A stretch of 64,000 bases of DNA from NCBI RefSeq assembly GCF_036321535.1, contig NC_087454.1, forward strand, positions 28,458,001 through 28,522,000. The letters are read 5' to 3'. The DNA is from Camelus dromedarius. Its lineage: Eukaryota. The notes below the pieces were generated by a model. The model was not told the DNA's origin and did not search any database. It was given only the letters and a program-made list of their open reading frames with translations. A program made the position numbers and the translations under genes. Positions 23,961-49,080 of this stretch are shown here, in pieces (within the stretch, counting starts at the first letter, position 1; each line of letters starts with the position of its first letter).

Positions 23961-25054
23961 CAACGCACTGGAAAGTGGGGAGTGAGAGAGGATGCTTCCT
24001 GGATTAGGACATCCTGAACAGTTTCTTAAAGGAAGGATGAGGGTTTTGCGCAGGGAGAAAACAGATGTTCAAAACCACAGGCAGGAAAGGGCATGGGTGA
24101 TTGGGAAATGGTTAGTAGGTCAGGAGTCAACAAACTTCAGAGACACTGTTGAGCATCTGTTGTATGCAGGTACAGTTCTAGATGCTTAAGAGAGAATAGT
24201 GAATAAAGCAACCCAAAAAAGTTCTCATGAAGCTTACCTTTTAGGGGTTAAAAAAAAAAAGAAACCAAGCAAGTTGGTATATGAAAAGACAATAAAGCAC
24301 AGAATGACATACTTTAAATGGTGAATTATATGGTATATGAGTTGTAGCCCAGTTTTTCAAAAAAATGATAAGAGCTTTGAAGAGAAAGCAGAGGCAGGGT
24401 TGCAATTTTTAAGTAATCACAGAAGGCCTCTCTGAGTGGGGGACATTTGAGAAATACTTTGAAGGAGGTGAGAGAGCAAGTAATAAATACATCTGGAGGA
24501 AGTGTTCCCAAGCAGAGGCAAAATTAAGTGCAAAGGAACTGAGATGGGAACATACCTCCCTGCTTAGGAACTGCTAGGATGCCAGTCGACTGGAAAGGAG
24601 TAGGAAGATTAGAGACAATATGGGGTTTTGGTCACGTGGGGGTTTCAGGCTGTTACAAAGCCTATAGCTTTTATTTTGAGCAAGATAGAAGCCATTGGGG
24701 AATTTTGAGTTCTGATCTGAAGGATATGTATGTGGAAATGAGGTGGGAGTGCTAAGATCGGATTTGCATTTTCAATGCCTCTCTCTGGGGAGCATAGCTT
24801 CAAGAGGATTGAGGCTGGAAGTTGAGAGAGCAGTTAGGAGGCTAGAGCACTGATAAAAGTGAGAGGTGTTGAGAGTGTTCTGAACCAGAATAATGACAGT
24901 GGTACCTGAGCAAGGGAGACAGGAGCCCTTGTGGGGAAGCCTGCGAAGGAATAATTTAAGAGAAGATGAAAGGGAAGAGGGTATAGCTCAGTGGTAGAGC
25001 ACACACTTAGCATGCATGAAGTCATGGGCTCAATCCTCAAGTAACCCCATTAAA

Positions 25055-25089
<35 letters not shown>

Positions 25090-27066
25090 ACCTAATTACC
25101 CCTCCTCCCCCCAAAAGAGAGAAGATGAAAAAGAAGAAACTGGCTTGGTCCACCTCCAGCCTTACATATACACCTTAGCAAGGTGAGGCCCCAGGTAACT
25201 GGAACAGATGGGGAGTTAGGTGTCAGTGTCGCACCATTACAACTTGTGCTGCCTGGGACCTGCAGTGATGGGCCTTAAGGTTAGGATGTTGGAAAGGATC
25301 AGTGACCTAAGGAGTAAGGATGGGGTGATGTCTTTGCAGCAGTGGAAGGTGCTGAGCTGAGCATCTTGTGGTCCCCCCACCCCACTTCCACAGGCACATC
25401 TAACATGTCATTTGAGGAGCTGTTGGAATTGCAGAGCCAAATGGGGACTAAGACATTCAAACAATTGGTAACTGGAAACAGCACTAAGAAGCAAGGTTCT
25501 AGACCACCTGTCCAAAAAGCGTGTGTTGCAGATAAGCACAGGTGAGGAGCAAGGCCTGTCACAGTTGTTGGAGGATACCTGGGACCTTGAGTAATTGTCT
25601 GCTGTTCTGGATGGCAGGTGGGAGGCCTTTGACCTGTCCTTTGATTTCTCTGTAGGCCTCTGGAAATGTCAGCCAAGGTCCGGGTGTCATTTTTGCGTCA
25701 AGTTGTCCCCATCAGTAAGAAGGTGAGGAGGAGGCAGTAAGCACTTTCTAAGTGAAAGGACACCGAACAATTCTTTTATATTCTCTGTTCTCTCCAAAGG
25801 TAGCCCGGGACCCCCGCTTTGACGATCTGTCAGGGGAATATAATCCTGAGGTGTTTGATAAAACATATAAATTTCTAAATGACATCCGAGCCAGAGAGAA
25901 AGAGGTGTGTACCATGGGACTGGTTTGTGGGGACTCCAAGGGGTGGAAAACTAGAGCACAGGTTAGGGAGTCTGGCAGAAGGGAGTAGGGTGCATCAGTT
26001 CACTAGCTGATGTCATCATTGGCAGGTTACTTAACCAATTTCTGCTTCAGTTTCCTAATCATAAAAAGAGATAATAATTCTTGTCTCATAGGGTCATTGA
26101 GTTAACATACGTGAATCTCTTAGAATAACGCTTGGCACAAAGTTTTAGCTACCATTTACAGAATGCTAACCATCATATTCACCTTCCAATGTGGAGCTTG
26201 TGAAAAAGCAGTTGAAGAAGCGCCGTTCAGGGGAGGAGCATGAGAAACTGCAGCAGTTGCTTCAGCGAATGGTGAGTAGGTGAGAATTACCCAAGGAGGG
26301 GGAAGTAGGGAGAGCAGGTAGAAGTGGAAGGTGATTCACGGTCCCTCCTATTCACCTGTCCCCCCAATCTCATCTTTGCTCATCAGGAGCAGCAAGAAAT
26401 GGCGCAGCAGGAACGGAAGCAGCAGCAGGAGCTGCGCCTGGCACTGAAGCAGGAACGGCGGGCTCAGGCCCAGCAGGGCCATCGGCCATACTTCCTGAAG
26501 AAATGTGAGTAGGGCACAGCTATGACCGACTAGTTACAGGGATGGGGGTTGGGTGGCCATAGTGGCAGGATGCTGTATTGGGGGCCTATGAGCTCCCTAA
26601 GGGAGGCATGAAGGCTGGATCCCATGGTAAGCTGAAGGGAAGTAGAAATAGTAGGGCAGGGTTGTGTGTAACCATTCTTGTATCCCTAATTAGACTATGG
26701 GCAGGAAGTGTCACTCGTATCTCTGTTTCACCCCCACATTTGTTAGGTTGGGCACAGAGAAGAAACTCATATTGAGAAAGAGTAGAATCATAGGAGTCAC
26801 CTTGCTTCCACACACCGGTGAACTCCGGATATGTCATATATTCGAGCAAAGTGGTTAAGAATTACGGGCCTGGGGAAAGGGAAAGGGGGCTTTCTTTGCT
26901 TACCAGCTTTCTTTCTTCCTGTGCTCCAGCTGAGCAGCGCCAGTTGGTCCTCGCTGAAAAGTTCAAGGAGCTGAAACGCAGCAAGAAGTTAGAGAGCTTT
27001 TTGAGTCGAAAGAGGCGCCGAAATGCAGGCAAGGACAGAAGACATCTCCCTTTGAGCAAAGAGTAA
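23676..27066 (+). CDS. RRP36: rRNA biogenesis protein RRP36, 251 aa
   Basis: Exons 23676-23781, 25394-25541 (GTSNMSFEELLELQ), 25656-25722, 25800-25904 (VARDPRFDDLSGEY), 26197-26271, 26387-26504, 26930-27066 (…KDRRHLPLSKE*). Total 756 nt. Confidence 0.96.
24120..24900 (-). mobile_element. L2 LINE fragments (approximate bounds)
   Basis: TCAACAAAC...TTGAGCATCTGTTGTATGCAGG...CTAGATGCT and further purine-rich L2-like sequence. Confidence 0.6.
24972..25117 (+). mobile_element. Young tRNA-derived SINE (camelid Vic-1-like) with 13-bp TSD and internal (CAT)11
   Basis: Box A TAGCTCAGTGG, degenerate box B; perfect TSD AGAGAAGATGAAA at 24959-24971 and 25118-25130; (CAT)11 at 25057-25089. Confidence 0.9.
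26020..26160 (+). mobile_element. MIR fragment
   Basis: GGCAGGTTACTTAACC...CTTCAGTTTCCTAATCATAAAA core. Confidence 0.65.
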
Positions 27067-27720
27067 TAAGGAACTGTCTTCAACTCTGCCACTACCCCAG
27101 TGAGAAATGCATCTGTGGGGACACCTTTGGGCTTGCCCTGTTCTGGTTCTTTCCCAAGGGCGAGGATCACATCTGCCTTGGAACTAGATTGGCTCGGAGA
27201 TGACTAGAGGGCTTTCGGACTGCCCCAGGACTGACAGGAGGAGCAGGTCAGCCCTCTGCCATGCCACACTCGCCCTGCTTGGATCTGCTTCATAATATTC
27301 TAGTGTCCTTCTCCCATCCGTGCCTTAAAATAATGATTGTGGTGTAGAAAGAGAAGGACCAGTGAGTGATCTTGAGGCCAGTTGAAGGCCATAGAGTCTG
27401 TCAGTGACTCCCAGGGCTGGGACTGGGAGCCAGTTCATAAACACTCTTATTACTCATCTTTTTATTTCCTTTTGTGAGTGGCATAGAACTATTTTTTCAG
27501 GGACATATGAGGTGGGCAATAAACCTAAGGTTCCTACAGAGTGGGAAGTCAGATCAGAGACCCATCCTACTTAAATCCAACAGCTGAAACAGTCATTCAG
27601 AGAGGGAACCAATCCCACAACTCACCTCCTTAGCTTTGATTTTGGATTCAAGGGGTGGTAGGATGTGGGACAAAGAGCTTCCCCAATAACTTGTAAACAC
27701 AGCTGGCTCTCAGTAGTTGA

Positions 27721-27867
27721 TTTTTTGTTTGTTTGTTTTAGTATTATTTTATTTGGGGGTGGTAATTGGGCTTTTTAATTTATTATTTTTAGTGGAGGTA
27801 CTGGGAATTGAACCCAGGACCTTGTGCTTGCTAGGTATACACTCTACCACTGAGCATACCCTTCCCC
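27721..27867 (-). mobile_element. tRNA-derived SINE of the same family
   Basis: Reverse complement GGGGAAGGGTATGCTCAGTGGTAGAG...GGGTTCAATTCCCAGTACCTCC plus an A-rich tail; only a partial TSD (TCAGTA). Confidence 0.88.
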
Positions 27868-28039
27868 TCAGTACTGTTTGGGTGGAGGGTTCATTCTAAT
27901 GTGGACTGGGAAATCCTCAAGCTGACAATTAAGTTTACAGGGATCTCAGGTTGATGGTCTCTCTAGGTACCTGGCAGAACCAAATACAATCCTCTCTTGA
28001 GGACTGAACTTTAAATCTAGGCCTCAAGGAATTCCTTCA

Positions 28040-28620
28040 GATAGAATTTCAAGGAATATGAGCCTACAGTGAAGACACAAAGCGCACAAGGAAAGAAACT
28101 ACCATGAGCAGGAGTCGTAAGAAACAATAGGCAATTAAATCAAACCAGCAAGACTTGAGATGTTGGAAGTATAAAATACAAAAAAACAAGTCTTATGATG
28201 AAAGAAAAGGTATGCTAATGAAAAGAAGGACCAAATTAGTTTGATTAAAAAATTTTTTAATGAAAAATATACTATTTGAAGTTACAGACTTTCTGATTAA
28301 GTGGCAGATTAGACACACCAGGAAGGAAAATGAGCTGGAAGTAGATCTGAAGAAGGTATACCCATGGAGCCCAGAGATAGAGAGAAAGAGAAACTAAGGA
28401 AAAGGTGAAAAAGCAGACGACAGAGTGAGGTGTGACCCAAACCAAAGTTGCAGAAGGAGGTAATTTTAAGGAGGCTGAGAATTTTCTAGAATTCATAAAA
28501 TTTCTAAACTAAGAATTAAGAAGACCAGTTAATCACAAACAGGATGAGGGGGCAAATAAATGACAAAGATACAGAATATTAGAAAGATTAACATCTAAAA
28601 AGCAGCTGTAAAGAAAAAGG
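28040..28620 (+). mobile_element. Old L1/HAL1 ORF1-like fragment (approximate bounds)
   Basis: A-rich; GATTAGACAC...GAGCTGGAAGTAGATCTGAAGAA...GCTGAGAATTTTCTAGAATT resembles the L1M/HAL1 ORF1 region. Confidence 0.6.
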
Positions 28621-28984
28621 GAGGTAGAATTAGAAGTTAGGACATCTGTTATTACTTGATACTTCTTGGATGGGGGGAAAGATGTTATGATAAAAATGCA
28701 TAAAATGTGCTGCTCCCAGTAATTGTAAGATGAGAGCTGTAGCTACCAGGATAGTTTGGCCCAAAGGGAGTGAGGGAGCCTGTGCTCCAGGGTCCCCAGT
28801 GTCACATGTATCAGTCCTGCTTTAAAGCCAAAAAAACTGATTCTGGTTGATAAAAGCAGAAAAAGACTATTGAACTATTGGGCTTACAGAGGAACTAAGG
28901 TTGGAGAGAAGCTCAAAAAAAAGACTAGTGAGGGATAAAGTCTGAGCAGTTAAAAGCACTCTAAGTCCTACCTTGGAACCAGTG

Positions 28985-29048
28985 AGCTTTTGTGTGTGTG
29001 TGTTTAATTGAAGTACAGTCAGTTTACAACGTTATGTTAATTTTCTCA
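28985..29048 (-). mobile_element. Very short 5'-truncated L1 3' end
   Basis: TTTAATTGAAGTACAGTCAGTTTACAAC..., flanked by GAACCAGTG at 28976-28984 and 29049-29057. Confidence 0.55.
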
Positions 29049-29409
29049 GAACCAGTGTTGATGTGAAGATGTCACTGCCACTGCCAAAGGCAGCACTCCA
29101 TTTACCCCCTGCTCTGCTCTAGACAGATGTTGCTGGCAGAGGCATCTGATCACCTGGCTGCAAGGGGGAGGCTGGGAAAGCAAGTGTCTGGTTTTTTATA
29201 TGGTGGGAGGTAGATTCTGTCTTCTACCTAGATTTGTGGTGGGAGGTTTCCAAGCGTGAGAAAGAGGTTCAGGTGAAGGGTGGTCAAGAAACCATGATGT
29301 ATGTCCACTATGAGACTGTACTGGCCCCCAAGCCTGCTACTTTTCCCCTTCAACAAGGAGCCAGAGGAGACTTTGGAGAGCTGAGCTTCAGCTATGGGTT
29401 TGTTTGGTT

Positions 29410-29680
29410 TTGGTTTTTATTGTTAACAGCTTTATTGAGATACAATTCACATGCCTTCCAATTTACCCACTTAAAGTGGGCAATTCAGTGGTTTTTAGTA
29501 TATTCACAGAGTTGAATACCACAATTTTGTAACATTTTCAGCACCCCCAAAAGAAATCCCGTACCTTCTAGCAGTCTTTTCCCCTTTCTTCCCAATTCCT
29601 CCAGCTCCAGGCAACCACCAAACCACTTTCTCTAGATTTATCTTATATAAATGGAATCAATATGTAGTCCTTTGTGTGCA
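29410..29680 (-). mobile_element. L1MA/L1MB-type 3'UTR fragment
   Basis: AACAGCTTTATTGAGATACAATTCACAT...CAGGCAACCAC...AAATGGAATCA. Confidence 0.75.
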
Positions 29681-29914
29681 AATCAGCTAAAGAGATATAA
29701 AGAATGAGGCTTTGCAGAATGAGGCTCACAAGGGGGTCAGGGTAGCAAACTTCCATCCCGAGACAGCCTGGAAGTGTTCGCCCTGTAGGAATAAAAAGTC
29801 TTGAGCGCAGAGGAAGCTCAGATTTCTACTGGTGCTGGTGAGAGAAGGCCAGTCAGGACTGCTTGCCTGGATGGCTAGATTGGGCATATCAGCCAGGCCA
29901 GAGTCGAAGTGGGG

Positions 29915-30939
29915 TTAGTGTGTGTAGGAGCTGGACTGCAGACTGGAACGTGCAGGGTTTGGGGGATCAAGACTGGTGTGTTCTTCCCTTAAGAATCGTA
30001 GGCTGGTCCACTGCAGATGAGCAGGTGGGTACCCTATGGGGAACTGCGGAGCAGGGCGACTGAGTAGGGATGAAGGGGTGGAAACAGGTACAGCTGGTGA
30101 GCCTAGTCAGTGGCCTACAGCTCCGCCCATGTAGGAGTCAGTTGGGGCAGCAGCAGCACGGGGTAGCAATGGGAGAAAGTCCCATCTGGTCCCCATGTGT
30201 GGTGCATGCTGGCCTGGCTGCTACAGCCCAGGGGCTCTCCAGTGGGAAAGGGGTGGCTCATAAAGAGAATGAGAACCCAGAGAAGCAAAGAGCGCTGGCC
30301 CCAGAGAGCTGGCTCAAGAATGAGGGCACAGCCTGGACCAATAAGAGAAACAGGCTGTGATCTCTGGCACAAAGTGGAGAGGCGACCTAAGTGACAAACT
30401 GCGGCAGCCCCAGTGTGCCCACTGCTGCCCCAACCTGCTGCTGCCTCCCAGTAGCACGGGCCAGCAGGATGGTTCTGTGAGAACCAGCAGGAGCACCACA
30501 CTGCAAAGCGGAGCCAGCATGGGCCTACCGTGTCTGTGTTGTTCTGTTGTCTCATCCTGGGCATCCTGACCCTCCTAAGCCCTGGCTTCTTTTTCTCTGA
30601 CTGACTTCATTCCAAATCTCAGTCTTGGGTGGCACCCAGTCGCCTTTGGTCTCTGTGCCCTCTCCCATCACCTGACTCTTCCTCATCCCTCTCCCCCTCC
30701 TTTCTTCTGTAGCTTTCTCCTGATCACCTAGTCATGGACTCAGGATGCTTGGGTCACTCCCCTCCTCTGCCTCAGTGTGGGTAGGGCCAGGTGAGCCAAT
30801 CATAGTAGCACAGAGCAAACCCCTCACAGTGGCAGAGGCCTGCCTCAGGCTAGTTGGGGTCCAGCTTTGGGGACAGTGTGCAGCTTGCAGGCAAGGCTCT
30901 GGGACTGGTGGAGGCAGAGTGAAGGGAGGAGGAGTCCAT
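29915..30939 (-). pseudogene. Probable decayed intronless class-A GPCR (GPR148 / type-2 odorant-receptor-like) with an internal inversion
   Basis: ATG at 30939; YRVCVV across the reconstructed junction; hydrophobic TM1/TM2-like peptides on the opposite strand (30530-30779); CWP at 30466-30458; FVT*VA (TAG where the TM4 Trp is expected) at 30389-30387; LLLWVLILFMSH at 30288-30253; CTTHGDQM at 30206-30183; LREE at 29992-29981. Multiple frameshifts and stops. Family call rests on recalled motifs only. Confidence 0.6.
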
Positions 30940-31542
30940 GAAGGTTGCAGTTCCTTCTAGGTCGGCTTCCAACCCAGATCCTAGAGCTTCTGAGTGGGAC
31001 ACACGTTAAGGTCCTGGGTGCGCGCGGTGGCTGCAAGGGTCCCTTACCTCACCATCCCCCTCAGTCTAACCTCGGGGAGGTGCCGTGCACTGCACTCACT
31101 GCTGAACATGGCAGCAAGAGGGACTCAGGGGCAAAGCTTTCACTGTGTCAAATGCTCCCACACTTGGTACTCGTCAGACTCTCACAGTGACTGCTCCAGT
31201 TCCACAAACAAGGAAAACAGCCTTGCTTGATGATGTGCGTTAAGTTACAAGCTGTCCAGCTCGTGGCAAGGTGGGCTTGAGTCCCCAGCCTTCCTGGTGA
31301 AAGCACTTCTGAGAAGGCCCATCCGCGGAGTCTACTTAATCCCCCTGCCCAGAGGGGGATGCACAGTCCTACCCGACTCCCTCTGCCCTTCTCCTCAGGC
31401 TGCCATCCTCACCCTGAGTGGCTCCTAGCAGGCATGATGAAGCCTCAGAACAGAGGGCTCTTCCCTGTCAGTCAGGAAAGCCCCCTGCCCTTGTCAGATC
31501 CCTAGCAGTCACCACACAGGTCAAGGAATCAAACTCCTGCAT

Positions 31543-31548
31543 TTTATT
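31543..31548 (-). terminator. CUL7: Polyadenylation signal of CUL7
   Basis: TTTATT on +, 47 nt after the CUL7 stop. Confidence 0.8.
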
Positions 31549-31594
31549 CTGTAGAAAGCCCTGGCCCTACCTAGCCCTGGCCCCGCCTCCAGAG

Positions 31595-44148
<12,554 letters not shown>

Positions 44149-44699
44149 CTAAAGTGAGAGAGAAGGTCAGACAATCAAGGACACCCAGGAGTTAGGGCAG
44201 CAAATGTGGCAACAGCTGTCAGGCTGGGTAGGGTAAAACTCAGGGCCCAGGAGTTGCCTGCTGCAGGCTGGGTGGGGCCAGGCCTAAGGAGAGGAAAGCT
44301 GGGGTGTTTGTGCTGAAAGAACTCAAAATCTGGAGGCTAAAAGGAGGGTCCAAGGCCCTGCATGCAGCATGGAGTGAGTTCATCTGGAGCAGTGGGAAGG
44401 GGGCGGTGGGGGGCAGGGCAGCCTTGGAATTAAAGTGAATCCCAGAGCCCTGGGAGAGGCTGCAGCAGACCTGGGAAAAGAGGGTACGCGAAGCCCAGAG
44501 GCCTGTTATGTATTGGACGGCTGGGGATTGAGACTCCGAGTGTGTATGGGAAGGGCTGTTAGGTCCAATGGTTGAAGCAACGGAGTGAGTCTGCAGAGGC
44601 AAGAGACCCAGAGACCTGGGTGGTGGAGGCAGGGTGCTGAGAGCCATGGGCTGGGAGGCTGGAGGCGCCAAAGACTGGTGGTACTGGAGCAGCAAGGAC

Positions 44700-45430
44700 G
44701 GTGGGGGCGACGCGAGGCCCCGAACAGGGTGCACAAGAGACCCGATGAGTAAGAGGAGCGAGGCTCGGGGGACCGGGATGGAAGACCCGAGAAACCGGGG
44801 CGCGCGTCAAGGTGTGGGGGAGGGTGGTAGGCCAGATAAGCCAGAATCCCGAGGCGCGGTGGAAAGGGGGATGGGAGGCCCTGTGGGCGAGTGGGCGGAG
44901 GAAAACGGGCTCGGGGCAGGGGGCCGCGACGGGGCTCTGGCCACCTCAGAAGTCGACGGGGGTCCTGGCGCGAGGCCTGTCCTTCGCCGAGCTAGGGACG
45001 CGGCGCAGACGATGGCGGCAGCGCTGGAGGAGATTTGGGCCCCGCCTGGGCCCCCCGAAGGGGTCGAGGCGGAGAGGCGGGAGGGGGCGTGTCTCCGCTG
45101 GACAGGCGGCAGCAGGGGGCGTGGCGCGCAGGGACCGAACGCCCTGGGGCCGCGCAGCCGTCACCGCCCCGCCCGCGCGCGGGTCTGCGGCCTCCGGGGC
45201 CGGGCAGGGCGGGGCCTGACCCCAGGCAGCGGCGCCGCCCGCCCGCTCCGAGCTGCGGCTCATTTCCGCCAGGGCCAGCGGAAAGCTGGGGGCCCGGGGA
45301 GAGCGCCGGGGCGGAGCCGCAGGTGCCACCTCGGCGACGCGCGGCACCTCCTCCTCAGCGCCGCCCTTTCCTCTTCCTTTTCATCCCTCCCCCTACCTCC
45401 TGCCACCGGAAGTGACTTCCCGGCTTCCCA
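44700..45430. promoter_or_regulatory. CUL7: CpG island / promoter and non-coding exon 1 of CUL7
   Basis: Very CpG-rich; candidate donor GAG|GTGGCA after 45330 (-); inverted ETS pair ACCGGAAGTGACTTCCCGG at 45405-45423. Confidence 0.75.
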
Positions 45431-45660
45431 GAGTCGGAACTGGAAGAAACCATGGAGGTCATTTATTTTCCTCTCCTCCATTACATAGAAAAGGACCAAG
45501 GCAAGGGGGGCAGCCTCAGTTTTTGCCCCATTCATTGGATCCATTTATTTTCCTTCCCTTCCCCTCCACGGTTGTTTGTTCCTGTCTGCCCCCGCCCCAG
45601 CCCAGTATGTACCATCTTCCCTCCCCCCAAAAACCAGAAACAAATGAAAATAGGGGCCAC

Positions 45661-45666
45661 TTTATT
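45661..45666 (-). terminator. MRPL2: Polyadenylation signal of MRPL2
   Basis: TTTATT on +, 15 nt after the stop. Confidence 0.8.
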
Positions 45667-45680
45667 AGAGTCCAGGGATA

Positions 45681-49080
<3,400 letters not shown>

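Noticed and set aside
24972-25050. tRNA-like sequence (also 27790-27867 and 55550-55623)
   Set aside because: Box A/B are present but there is no full cloverleaf; A-rich tails, TSDs and three similar copies identify them as tRNA-derived SINEs, not tRNA genes.
27318-27523. RRP36 polyadenylation signal
   Set aside because: Two candidates (non-canonical AAATAAT near 27328, AATAAA at 27518) cannot be distinguished from sequence alone, so none is reported as a feature.
30314-30520. 68-aa ORF with a signal-peptide-like start (MLAPLCSVVLLLVL), and the 149-aa ORF 30115-30564, as novel secreted or membrane microproteins
   Set aside because: Better explained as TM3-TM6 remnants of the decayed receptor; the ATG at 30520 is internal and abuts the inversion breakpoint.
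44634-45488. 284-aa plus-strand ORF
   Set aside because: Lies in the CUL7 CpG island; G/R/A/P-rich composition is expected from stop-codon depletion.
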